Shown: piece by piece, positions 45,660-58,700 of the stretch
Numbering within the stretch: position 1 is the stretch's first letter
Layout of the letters: the number at the start of each line of letters is the position of its first letter
NCBI GenBank assembly: GCA_043228905.1
Contig: JBHGNT010000016.1
Location: forward strand, 2,728,001-2,792,000
From: Azolla caroliniana
Taxonomy: Eukaryota; Plantae; Polypodiophyta
Direction of reading: 5' to 3'
DNA length: 64,000 nt
Translations under genes and position numbers: made by a program
Notes under the pieces: generated by a model
Seen by the model: only the letters and a program-made list of their open reading frames with translations
Database searches by the model: none
Told to the model about the DNA's origin: nothing

Positions 45660-48600
45660 ATGATGGGCAGGACAGCCGCCATGGCTGCGGGAGGGTTCTT
45701 GTCTGCCTTTGCCTACTCTGCCACGGGTCAGGCTGAAGGACCCTCTTCCTTCTTCTTCCCTTTCTTCTCCAACAGAAGAACGCCATCCCCAACTGAAGGC
45801 AGAGAAGACGGAGACGAAGAGGGAGTAGGAGGAAAGAGCAGCAGAAGCAGCAACAAGCAGCCGCGCTCTCCACCCCAAGATATTAAGAAGGCGGAGCAGG
45901 AGGAATCGAAGGTCTCGTTTGATCCCGAGGCACTTGAACGCGGTGCCCGAGTCCTCCGAGAAATAAACAACTCGGCGAACTCCAAAAAGGTTTCAATATT
46001 CTACCTTTTTGAGCTAGTTAGACAGATAAATTGATGTACATATTGATCTTATTCCCCCCCTTGGGAGGTCAAATACGACCTATGAAACCGACAATCGACA
46101 TATAAAAATTAGGTCCACTTGAGCATTTAAAATGATTTCATCGTCTCCCGAATGTGACCAATGTTACATGAAAGAGGTGCAAGAAAAGCTTGTCTGTGAA
46201 CATATAGAGAAACAAGCTTATCCTATTTTCATGAATGAGTTAGCTAGTACAAAAGCATAAACTGAGTATCTCTTCTTCAGTTAGAGAGAAATGTTATATT
46301 AACATCTTCAATTGGCCAAAGATGTCAATGAAACAAAATGTTATATCTATGTGAATCTTATAGAACACCTGGTGATTACAACAGCTTTATATTGTTGTGC
46401 ACTATAGGTTTTCGACTTGATGCGGAAACAGGAGGAGACCCGTCTTGCACAACAAGCAACTCGCAATGCAGAATATGCGGCTTTTCAGGTTCACCAGGAA
46501 ATTGTAAGTGATCCACGCATTTGTTCTGTCTATGTTACTTCATTCAGTTAATTGAGAAATGTGTACTTCGGATATTGGCACTGGTCCGTATATCTATTGT
46601 ACTATTCATGCTCGAAATAGTAAAAACCCTTAACAGGGGAAATGACTTCATGATGACATTGTCTTTAGGAACTTCTTAAGCAAATTCTTCACGTGAATCC
46701 ATCTAGTTCTAGATATTATCCACATGTTTATTTTTAGCTCTTTTCTGCCATTTCAAATATGGAATGCAAGGAATGGTTACTGTAGGAACTGTTATCTTGC
46801 TACATGTGTTTTGGCCTTTTTCTGGCATTTCAATAGTGGAATGCAAGGAATGCTTACTGTAGGAACTGTAATCTTGCTGTCAGAAAAAGCAACAAGCAAT
46901 GTATGAGGATCAAAGGAAACTTATTGAGCAACAAGCACAAACAAAGGCTCAAATGGCTCGTTATGAAGATGATCTAGCGAGAAAACGTATGCAGGTATAT
47001 TTCTGGTCTCTCCTATTCTTACATCACAATGCTTCACAAGAATTCCTTAAAACAACAAGATTTCTTACGCAGACAGAACACGAAGCTCAAAGAGGAAGGG
47101 ATCAAGAACTAGTGAAAATGCAAGAAGAGGCAGCAGCACGGCAAGAGCAGTTAAGGCGCCAAACAGAGGAGCAAATTCAAGCTCAGCAAAGGCGGACAGA
47201 AAAGGAGCGGGCGGAAATGGAAAGAGAGACCGTCAGAATCAGAGCAATGGCTGAGGCAGAGGGAAGGGCCCATGAAGCTAAACTGGCAGAGAATGTAAAC
47301 CGAAGATTGCTTGTGCAGCAGGCAAATCTAGAAAAGGACAAATGGCTGGCTGCCATTAATACTACATTTGGTCACATAGGAAGTATGTTTCTCATCTTTT
47401 ATCTTTTATGCTGATTTCCTGAATCATATTTTGATGAACAAAGATGATTAAGTATGCTATAGCAGCAGTTAATGTAGTAGGAGGTACAAGCATGAAATTA
47501 AAGTGCTGTGGGCCTCTCGAAAATTCGTCACCAGCATTCCCCAGGATTACACCAATGTTTCTGTTAATAAGGCATAAATCTGCAGTTGGAGATATTTTGG
47601 TCTGCGTTTTGGATAATGAGGTGCCTACAGAGAAAGTCAATAAAGGAGCATTAGGGTCTTCATTAGCTCAACATATTGAATTTTGTGTCGTGACATTACT
47701 CGATTCTTTTCTGCATGCGCATAGATGGAGCTCATTGTATAGTAGTGGTGAGTTTGCGTGTCAAGTAGAGGCTGTCAAAAGCAAAAACATCATCATTTTT
47801 GCAAAGAATATCAAAGTCACGTAGCGAGTATAGGCACGAGATTAGGAATGGGAATGTGCTCAATGCAGGGATATGACGACATTATCTGGGAGTGGGTACT
47901 TTTTTATGAAGCTTTTCTAACCATGACCACTCTTAAATCTAATTTTATGGATTGATTGTTTTTGAACAATCTCTGCTTGTCTTTAAGTAATAGCTTCTTT
48001 TTAACTGTTTGTCTAAGTATCTGAAGCTGCTTTGAAACGAATTTAAACTACCTTACCATGTATGTGTCTGAGAGCTATCATTAAATGAATTGTCTGGTTT
48101 CTATGCAGGTGGATTAAAGGACCTGGTAACAGATCGTGAGAAGCTGATTATTGCTGTAGGTGGGGTAACAGCCCTTGCCGCAGGTGTTTATACTACAAGG
48201 TCTGAATTTGCTCTGTTGTAGTATGAAAGAAATTTTAGCATTTTTTAGCATTGCAAATCAGCAATCTGCAATTCTGATTTAGTTTCTAATAGTTTTTTAT
48301 ATAATAATCAGAGAAGGCTCTCGAGTGATGTGGAGTTATATCGATCGGATTTTAGGGCAGCCCTCATTAATCAGGGAGTCGTCAAGAGGAAAATATCCGT
48401 GGTCACCATTAGTTGCTGACATGAAAAAGCGCATGACCTCTCTTTTTGGAAAAGACAATGCAGGTGAATCTGCAAAGAAGATGAAAGGTGGAGACGGCTT
48501 TGGGGATGTGATTTTACATCCAGCGTTACATAAGAGGATACAAAAACTTGCTGCAGCAACAGCAAACACCAAATTACATGAAGCTCCTTTCCGTAACATG

Positions 48601-49712
48601 CTCTTTTATGGTCCACCAGGCACAGGAAAGACAATGGCTGCTAAACAACTTGCTAGAAAATCGGTAACAAAATGGATTGTGATTTTTCGTCCTCATAAAT
48701 ATTATTGTTTTTGTTGGTAACAAAATGGATAACGTGATTTTTCCCCCTTCTCTAAGAATTTTATTTGCTTTTGATAACAAAAAATGATCATGAAGTTTTT
48801 TGTTCTCCTATAGATTTGTTCTCTTTGATAGTGCAGTGATTTTGTTTGACAGGGTTTAGAATATGCTCTTATGACTGGTGGTGATGTTGCACCTCTTGGA
48901 CCTCAGGCAGTTACTAAAATACACGAGCTTTTTAATTGGGCTGCAGGTTCTAGAAAGGGCTTACTTCTCTTTATTGATGAAGCAGATGCTTTTCTTTGCA
49001 AGTAAGTAACAAATATATTGTTCCGTACTTAGAAAACGACCTCTTACATTTTTGAGATGTATGCATGCATTCTTTTGATGTCAAAGCAATCATTGTGCAT
49101 TTTTATGGAATACAACTGTCTTAAATAGTGGAACAGCTGTTTTTAAGTCCTTCATTTTTGTATACCCTTCTTGTTTTGATCCTGCCTTTTCTTATTTGTT
49201 TTAGACGAAGTAACAAAACTACTAGTGAAGCTCAAAGGAGTGCACTTAACGCCCTATTGTATCGCACTGGGGACCAATCTAGAGATGTTGTTTTAGTTTT
49301 AGCAACTAATCGACCGAGTGACCTTGATGCAGCTATTACTGACCGGATTGATGAGGTGATTGAATTTCCATTACCAGGTGAAGATGAGCGTGTAAAACTA
49401 TTGAAGCTTTATCTAGATAGATACATCACACAAGCTCACACCAAGGAAAAGGGTAGTTGGACTTCAAATATCTGGGGTAAACCAGACCAAATTGAGTTAA
49501 AGGGCATAACTGATAATATCATCCGGGAAGCTGCAAGAAAAATGGATGGATTTTCAGGGCGCGAGATAGCAAAAACTTTAGCAAGTGTTCAAGGAGCTGT
49601 CTATGGCAGCAAAAGAGCAGAGTTAGATGCAGACTTGTTTATGGAAGTAATCAATTACAAAGTCAAGGAACACCAACAAAGACACATACTAGCAGGAAAA
49701 GGCAGTGGCTAA
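45660..49712 (+). CDS. ATAD3: Mitochondrial AAA-ATPase ATAD3 homolog, 8 exons, ~648 aa
   Basis: Exons 45660-45989, 46408-46503, 46884-46994, 47073-47382, 48109-48199, 48312-48663, 48853-49001, 49205-49712. [14 protein letters not shown], coiled coil, [14 protein letters not shown], Walker A GPPGTGKT, Walker [34 protein letters not shown]. Confidence 0.95.
46740..46878 (+). repeat. Diverged ~78-bp tandem duplication just before the ATAD3 exon 3 acceptor
   Basis: GGAATGCAAGGAATG.TTACTGTAGGAACTGT.ATCTTGCT, two copies. Confidence 0.85.
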
Positions 49713-50621
49713 TCAAAGTGTATGAATGCGTCAGAGGCCACCATATTTCCACATTTTTGTTATGAAGACAATTTCTTTAAAGGAATGAATACAGACAGGG
49801 CTTTGCAGCAAGGTCCATGAATATGTGTTTTTTGAGGGGTGGGGAATAGGTTTAGATTAAGAAGTTTCATTTCTCCTTGGTTTTACTGTTCAACAGCACG
49901 TTTGTGGGCCTTAATACTGAGGACACATGATAGAATATAGAAATGATGTTTAACGAACTGCAGACCTTTTAGGTCATTATGTTGAGAGAATAGGCAGGGA
50001 AACAGATTTTGAGTTCTGTAACATGTAAATCTTGAAGTGATCCTTGGATGTGATAAGATTTTGATTCGAATTGTCAGGAATTGCTTCTGCCGAACAAAAG
50101 CAAAGCAAATGGCTATTTGGTTGTTTTGCTGATAGAATGCCAGTAATAAATAGTGAAATTGTTGTACCATTTTGAGCCACCTAAAAAGGAAGATATTCTT
50201 TCTACCCTATGGACTTCTCTGCAACATTTGTTTAAGAAATAAAGTTTTAGAAAAAAACCATGTTCAGATGATTCATTTCTCTTTCATATTTCAATCTATT
50301 TTTCTATAATAGTTACAGTATCATTAACCTATCAAATAATCTGTTTTAGTCAATAATCAATGTAGTTTAATGTCTGTTATCATGTTGCAGGTGTAGTTTA
50401 TGGTAAACTTGTGCTAAACAATCGTGTCCTATGCTTTTAGCTAACGTCAACAGTAGTGAACAAAACATCTTCAAAATCAATATCATGAACCTATTGGTTC
50501 CTCTGCATTTTGGCCAATAGGACTTGCAATGATTAGGGGAATGTTTGTGTTGTGGTGCAATATGCATTGGAATACTAAGAGATGAATCAACATAAATATA
50601 AAATGTGCATGGATAGGCTAA

Positions 50622-51137
50622 CATGAGCCACAAACTGATTGAAGTTTGTTTGTAGTAGTATGCAAAGAATGCTCCTAAGGAAACACTTTCCTATTAAGTA
50701 ATCCTTTTCAAAATCAATAATATTTATAAAAGCATTTAAAAATCTCCAACTTGGAAGGGTGGTTGAGTTCGTGTGGAGGTAACCAAAACAAAGATGTATA
50801 TATTGACTATCAAGTTACCACATTAATTGGAGAAAGAACTGACTTAAGTGCATTTTTCTATCCATTATGCATATTATGCTTCATGAGCCACAAAACTGAT
50901 CAAAGTAATGTCTGTAGAAGTGATTGGCATATAATGCTCGTACCCATGTATTTATGGAAAACACCTTCCTATTAAGTAATCCTTTTCAAAATCAATAATG
51001 TTTGTAAAAGCACTTAAAATCTCTAAATTGGAAGGGTGGTTTGAGTTTGTGTGGAGGAGGTAACCAAACAAAGATGTATATATCGGCTATCAAGTTACCA
51101 CATTAACTGGAGAAAGAATGGAGTATTAAGTACATTT
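50622..51137 (+). repeat. Diverged tandem duplication (~235-255 bp, two copies) between the ATAD3 and mitoribosomal gene 3' ends
   Basis: CATGAGCCACAAA, TTCCTATTAAGTAATCCTTTTCAAAATCAATAAT, TTGGAAGGGTGG and CTATCAAGTTACCACATTAA occur in both 50622-50855 and 50882-51137. Confidence 0.9.
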
Positions 51138-52149
51138 GAATTATCCATAATGAAAGGTTAGCGTCATTCTCTACGAATAACCATTTTTTTCCATATTCAT
51201 GATTGTTTGCGAATAACGATTTAAATGTGAATATTACCTGTTTGTACATCATATTCACCATAGATAATAATTCATGTATGGCTATTTACTTCCTGATAAA
51301 AGGTTCACATAATCTATAAGTTTGAGGAGAGCATGGAAGTGTTCACATTATTCACTCATTTCATTTTTCAATACAATCCAACTTCCAGTGGCCCATTTTT
51401 GTTTTTCGAGCACATACAGACATTATAAAATTTGGATGGTAGTGTTTAAGCTTTCTACTAACAAATTAGGGAATTCTAATTTACTTGCAATCAAAGAGTA
51501 CAACATAATTGCTCCTCAGATTCTCCTACAAGCCCTGTAAGATATTCACAAAAAATAAAGGACTAAACAATTTATCTAAGACGTATAAGCACGGGGAATA
51601 TCACAAATTGATGGATTTTCAATGAAAGCATAATCAGGTTAGAAGTGTGCTAGAGTGTAAGATGGTTAGTTGAGGCCGATAAATCTGATTTACAATTTGA
51701 TCCATAAGGGTAGAAACAAAAGTACTGAAAAAATGATTAGTTACGACAATAACAATAGACATACAACTAGTATCACCATTATGCAGAAAGAACAATACTT
51801 ACGCTCCATAATATTGGGGTGAGAGAGGTTCAGTCTGACAATCCATGTTAGACATTCATATTCATAGATGGAATAAACTATCAAATGCAGAAAGGACGGT
51901 ATATCTGTTGTTATAGGACATGCCCACAAGAAAGCCTATACATTTATGAACTAATGGGTGATGGAATCATTCCACAAGACAGAATATTTATCTGAACTAA
52001 AAAGGATGGAATCACTCCACCAGGGACATAATACCAATTGATGTTCAAACACGTCTAGCCATCATTCAAGACTAGGTGCAATATGAGTATATTGATTACT
52101 CTGTATATTCACAAGACTCCAATGGCAGTGAGTACATCATGTCTGTGTA

Positions 52150-53196
52150 TCATGGTTTTTCGAGCTTGTCTGAAGCTTCATTGTAAAATATTGTGGCATA
52201 TCTGAAAAAGTCCTCGTCGTCAACCTTTTTACATTTGTATGTACCAAGAACTTTGAGCCGATGTCTTTCTTTCATCCACCTCAACATGACCTTCATATGT
52301 TTTTTGCTCTTGAAACCTAAATCCTGATAAGAATCCATTTTCAACTTAGTATAAATGATGAACACTTTGTCGGATATAATCGTCAACAAACTATGTGATG
52401 GTTTAATTTAAGACATTTGCAACCATCACTTGGAGAACTCTTTCCTGTTTTCTCATCACTATCTTTTATAAGTAGCCAATATCTCAAACTTTAATTCAGC
52501 AAACACTGAATTTAGCATGCAAAACCAACGTACAAGTTTAAATAAAATTTTCTCCAGATCATCAAATCGATCACGCGTGAGGTCTTCCTTTTTTAAAGTA
52601 TCTGAAGTGGAATCCACCAAAATTTGCCTTTTGTAGTTCTATCAGAGAATAACGTCAGTGCCATCTTCTTTCTCTGATTAAACATAGCCGACCTTTCAAC
52701 CTTTGAATATCCTAGAAGTTCTTTCCCTTTTCGCTGCTGGTCTAGTATCTTAATGAATCAACATACACACAAAGATACAGGTAGATACATGTATAGATAC
52801 AACGCCATCTTTACACGTTGTTAAAGTAATCAAAGAACCAATTAAATTCGGGATCTATCTAATTAATTCAGATTTGGGCATTACACTCTCCATTTCTGAT
52901 GGGACTTACTTCTAATGATACTGCGTAATGCACCATTCTAGTATCAAATTCTTGAGAGTATTAGAAGCATTGCACAGGGATAATTCGGAATTACTCACCT
53001 GGGCATGGGACCAGCAAGCAGAGACGGTAAGAGGGCCATTGTTGTGGAGAACGTTATGGAGTATATCAGCCAATCGAAAAGCTTCTTCAGTAGGCACTTT
53101 AGGGTCTATTGCCTTCTTTCTTCCGAGACTACTTCTGCTTCTAAAATTAGGGTTAGGGTTTGTTCTGGCAAACAGCCTTACAGCAGTCGCCCACAT
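52150..53196 (-). CDS. Small basic mitochondrial protein, probable plant-specific mitoribosomal large-subunit protein (mL80-like), 2 exons, 123 aa
   Basis: Exons 53196-52999 and 52323-52150 (CAG|GTGAG ... cag|GAT). Arg-rich presequence MWATAVRLFAR. I.PKVP.EEA, GPLTV..CW..AQ and SK.HMK.ML.WM match a conserved plant family recalled from memory; the mL80 assignment is unverified. Confidence 0.75.
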
Positions 53197-53269
53197 CTCC
53201 TATAATTCTAAAGCGCTCCCTCTCGAGTCTCAACTCTCTCTCTCTCTCTCTTTCTCTCTGTCTCTCTCA

Positions 53270-54270
53270 ACTCTCTAAACTCTCTTAAGGGTTTTTGCTA
53301 GAGCATGAGAAAACTATGTTTTTCGTTATTTGAAAAATGCCCCTTTCTCCTTCGATTCATCATCTCTAAACTCGCTAAGGTTTTGCTAAAGCATAAGAGA
53401 ACCAGGTTCTCGTTATTTCCAAAAATGCCCCATTCTCCTATGGGCACGGTTCGGTTCGGTTTAAAAGGAAAAGAAACCGAACCGAACTGTTGATATAAAA
53501 CAAAAACCAAACCAAACCGTTTATGAACTCTCAAGCATAATATGAACCATACGCAACATACATGCATTCGCATTTGGGAATGGTTCAATCATTTGCGAAA
53601 GAAAAACACCCTCCAAGAATGATAAATACTATACTTTTGGATTAACTATTTATTATGAGGTAGGTAGAAAAGCCTAAAAATGAAAAAAAAAACATTAAAA
53701 AAATGGGGAAAAAACACAAGAATGTTTGGATAACTTTTGCATTCGTTTTCCAACGTAGGAAAACGAATGTTATACTAGATGAACACGAAATTTACGTATT
53801 ATGCGAGTCTCAAGTATTTAAACTAAACCATTTAAACCCAAACCGTTTAGGGAAAAATTGAATCCAAACCGAACCATTTCATAAAAAATTTAAACCTAAT
53901 CATTTAAGTCAAATTAATTAAACATTTAAATAAACAAAAATGCATTAAATTAAATAAGCATTTAAGTTAAATTTATTAAATCAATAAAAAACTGTCAATT
54001 AAACCATTAGATTAATAAACTATTAAGGTTAAAAAAAAGTTAACCAAAAACCTATAAACCGAGTTTTAGAATCGAACCAAAACCAAACAGTTTATCGAAA
54101 ATCCAAACAAAAACAAACCATTAAAGCATGGGTTAACGGTTTGGTTTGGTTTGAGCCAAAACCGTGCCCATTGCTACTTTCTCCTTCAATTCATCTCTAA
54201 ACTTTGAGAGGTTTTGCTAAAGCTCGAGAGAACTACATTTTCATTATTTCCAAAAAGGCCCCTTTCTCAT
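53270..54270 (+). repeat. Three diverged ~88-bp tandem units upstream of the mL80-like gene, split by a hAT insertion
   Basis: TCTCTAAACT...GGTTTTGCTA.AGC...TTATTT..AAAAA.GCCCC.TTCTC at ~53272, ~53363 and ~54194. Confidence 0.75.
53439..54176. mobile_element. Non-autonomous hAT-type element (~740 bp)
   Basis: Inverted ends ATGGGCACGGTT / AACCGTGCCCAT(TGCTA), 8-bp TSD CATTCTCC / CTTTCTCC (7 of 8), AAACCG subterminal repeats. Confidence 0.85.
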
Positions 54271-55619
54271 TTGATTGATCTCTTCTTCATCGAAGCCATC
54301 TAGGCTCATCATCTCTAACAACAGACATCAATCCCCTCTTCCATATGGTTCAACCCCACTACTAGTGTCCCTCTCTGTTACTGCTTCCATGTGTTAACCG
54401 CTTAGGTACCCCCATCAGTGACACAACAAGCAAGCAAAATCACCCAATGAGATTGTGGTGCAAATAAAGGAGAATCAAGTTGCCGAAGTGACAGTACATA
54501 GGTTTGGGGTCATCAAGCTTAGCAATGCATTTTGAGCTTTTCGAGATGTATTATAAGGTCAACCTATGTATGTCTTGTTGGCTTGGAGGTATTGGTTTTT
54601 GTCTAGTTAAAGGTCCCCAACCTTAGAATTGTCAGTTGAAATATCGTTGATGGTAGAATTGAGAGAGGACTGCATTGGGGATGCTTTTATGATTGTGACA
54701 ATATAGAGTGAAAGGCCAATTTCTCATGAAAGCAATCTAACTTATGAATAAACAAACAAATAAAAAACAAGGATTAGGCAATGCATTGAATGGAGAAAGT
54801 CCTAGTTTTGAACATTGTGAAGTGTGAAGCTATTTGGAAAATTGGAACTGAATGGTAGAGGCATTTTGCAATAGATGGATTGACAAACTTGCAATGAGTC
54901 ATTGTAAAGATTCAAACTCCCTGTCAACAAGTTCATATATACACAAAACCCTGAAAGCTTCAAACACGTCAGTTGATTGACTCTTTGCTATAATTTGGAC
55001 AAAGCTCATCGTAAGACACAAAGCTGGCTAAACGTCGTTTCTCTTTCGTGCAAGCAACATACGCGACTTTTTTTGCCTCATGATGATTGCAACCACATCC
55101 AATAACATGTCATGAACGGGAGATTTGTAATAAAATAGTTTTTTTTCGCTAAATCTGGCACATGCGAGTATCTGGATATTTACCAGAGGAGCATCCCTCA
55201 CTCTCAAGATTATTTCGAAAAGAAAATCGGCAGGAATAAACCTTTCCTTATATCGAGGGGACGACAAAAAGCACACGGGTAATTATCGTAACGTTGGCGA
55301 GAGGGTAGAGAGGACCGAATGTCCAATTACACATGGCATAACCGAAATGTTCGAGGAGTAAACACCGTTCCGGGCGGAACTCGACCGATGATGGAGATGT
55401 TTCCTCGTGAAACCCTGGGATAGAGCCTAGAGGGATATGGGGATGGGGGGGGGGGAGAAGGCAGGAAGCAAGCAAAGGAAGAAGGCATGAGAAACAGACA
55501 GGGGTATTTATTGTAAATATCCAAAACCTCAAGCTTGAGAGGGGAGGCTATGGAGCCGAATATCTGAAAACACAGGAAGAATGTGTGTTTTGTTGAGGAG
55601 GTCTAAATACTTGCTTACC

Positions 55620-55621
<2 letters not shown>

Positions 55622-55651
<30 letters not shown>
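55622..55651. repeat. (GA)n microsatellite in the MYBBP1A-like 5' region
   Basis: Directly visible. Confidence 0.9.
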
Positions 55652-55655
<4 letters not shown>

Positions 55656-55701
55656 AACAAACAGGAACAGCCAGAGCGGGCTGCCATTCGACAGCTTAGC
55701 G

Positions 55702-58700
55702 ATGGAGGTCTATTACAGGTTGTCTTCAGGAGACCCCTCTGTCAGGGAAGAAGCATCTCTCTCCCTCGTCAATGACCTCAGGCTCGCTCAATCCCTGTAC
55801 GACGGCAACAACAACAGTAGCGGCAACAACAACAGTAGCGGCAACATTCCTAAGGTAATTCATGGCAATGGCAGTGTCAATGGAAATGGTTTTGGTAACC
55901 CTCACATTCCTCATATTCGTGTTGCCGAGCAAGTTTCTCCTTCTGCTCATGTTTCTGAAGATGAAAAAGAAGAAGATGACGACAATGATGACGACGGAGC
56001 AGCACAAGATAAAGAGAAAGAGAAAGAAAATGAAGAAGAAGAAGAAGAACTTCAGAACTGTGCTCCTTCTGTACGATATGCACTCCGCCGCCTTGTTCGA
56101 GGTGTCGGGTCCTCTAGAGAGGTATGTTCTATTTTTGCCTTTTGTTTTCTGTTTGATGCATTCGCTGTATGTATGCTTATTGATTTTGGTGGAAAGACTT
56201 GTACATTCATGTTCTTGGATGTCCTCATGCGTAATGAAAAATATGAAAGCTTCATTGCTTCTCTCTTTTCATCCGTAATTCACTCCTTGGAGGTCTTTCT
56301 TTCTGTGTCAAATCTCAATTGAAGATTTTTATGTTTCATTGACTGTAAGTTCATACAAAAGTCTCCCGGGAAAAACTTTTATGTACATATTCGTGGCAGT
56401 CTTTCATTATGTTTAGAATCTGAATGGAAATTCTGTTTATTTCATTGACCATAAAGTGCATTAGGTAGTCCATACATGAATTAGAGAGTCAGATATTATG
56501 TTACTTTTAAGTCTGCAATTGTGATGAAAAGTTGTGTATTCTTCCTTGACAGAATCTGTGTGGCTATTTTTTATGGAAAAGTTTATATTTAATTGCTTTT
56601 GATGATCATCTGATGAAGATATTTCCTACATAAATTGCATATGTCTTGACCATGAGTTGAAACAAAGTGTTCTTTCTATTTCTGTCATCATGATGGATAA
56701 TTGTTGGTTCAGTGTCGAAAGTGTTTGTGTAAATTTCAAGTGGAAAATTTGTAGGCTACATTGCTCACCAGAATGGACCTTGAACACAAGGTGAAGCTAC
56801 TTCGCACATGAGCGAGACATAGTTATATTTTTACTTATCTAATCATGAAGGCACTATTGATTATTGTCCTTCACAATCTAGGGTTTTCCCACAAGACTAG
56901 CAAAAGGAACAGCTTTGTACATGCTAAAAAAGAAATTGAAAATTTGAACTCATTCTTGAGACTGGGATAGACATTAATTTGGTACTACCACCTTCCTACA
57001 AAGTATTTAGAGCACCTCAAACATTTTATAGTGGTCCTCTCAAATAAATTGTTTTGTTTTATTTACCTTCTGAATATGTTTCTTTCATAACATTTAATAG
57101 CTGCATTTATGATGACGGTAGATGTTAAGTAAGTGTTTGCCAATTCCTCTGTGTATTCTGTATCAACTTTGAATAAATTATATCTCAGTTCTACGCCATT
57201 CTTTTTCTGTGATTCTCACTGATTTGCAACAAAGCTTTTTACTCTGGAATGTATACAGTTTGTCATAAAGTGTTTTTTGATGTGTATAAATTATGCTCCA
57301 TGACTACCTATTGCTTGGGAAAGAATATGGTTTTGTAAGCTTTTCCTGATGTACACACATATTCCACTTGTTGCTAAAGTTTTTGCTCAAAGATGACGAC
57401 AATGAGAAATTATGTGATGCGTATTTACAGAGTGCACGGCAAGGGTTTGCAACGGCTTTGGCATCCTTACTCGAAGCACTTCCATGTATCACAGTAAAAT
57501 CTGTCATGAAGCTCATGAAAAAGAATTTAGATGTGACATCATCTATGAAAGGGCAGGTTAGTATGTGCCTTTCCTTACAACTAGGTCTATAATCTGATCA
57601 TCTCTTGAATTTTTTTTTATGATGAATGAATACAGGAGAAGCGAGACGGTCTTCTTGGACAACTATTTGCCTTAAGTGCTATTGTAACGGGGAAAGTGTC
57701 AGTTGATGATGAAGCCAGAGAAAATACAGAGCTAACCTTGGAGATCACGGAACACTTGCTTTCTTTGGCAAAAAAGAAGGTGTTCCTTCGTGAACCTGCC
57801 ATCACAGTGTTGCTACATTTAATAGACAAGGTATTTTTATTCTTTTATGTCGACAAATTAAAATGGAAAAATTATGTTACTTGTCGCAAGTATTGGTACA
57901 GGACGCCAATGTACTTACTATCATATTTCCATCTGCGTATGGTCATTCTGAGGATTAATTCTTTGGGAATAAATATCCTCTGTAGATGTCATTGGTGCAT
58001 CACCTAGGCTCTAAACTCTTTGATTTTGTCAGCTGGACTGAGCTGTTACCTTTTATTTGAGCAGAAACTAGGTTCACTAGGTCATTAATGAACCTATGCC
58101 TATCCGAGTAATGAAAACTCGGATGAAATCCTTTTTTCTAGGCTATTCATGATGAAGTAGATAATCTCACAATTCTTGTTTGGTGTGGGCGTGCTAGAGG
58201 TGCAGATTGCACACATGGTTTTTGTGTTCATATGCAGGGCCTAAATTTGACGGGTTAGTATCAAAGTTTTTTGACGGGCATTTTTTAAAGATGTATGTCA
58301 TATGACATAAGATTGCAAAAACTAACATGACATTTGACATTTGACATACAAATTTTTTAAATGAAAAACTATATATAATGCTACATTGTTATAGATGTCA
58401 TTACTATAACACAAATCAACATAACTACCTCACAACGATAATGAAATACATAAAATAAATATCGTGTTAATGTTTTTACTATTAAGTATGAAAACAAGGT
58501 TATTTTTTTGGAAAAAGAGAGAGGAAATGTTTTTGGAAAAAAGAGGCTTTTTTTGGAAAAAAACAGAGTTTTTTTTTTGAAAAGAAGTGGTTATTTTCTT
58601 ACAAAAAATGGATAATTTTAAAAAAAAAATGGTTATTTTATCGAAAAAAAAGGTTAGTAAAAACTTAAGTTTTAACTTGACTTAAAACATTAAAATCAAA

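Noticed and set aside
47444-47955. ORFs inside ATAD3 intron 4
   Set aside because: The ATAD3 frame is complete without them; no recognisable homology.
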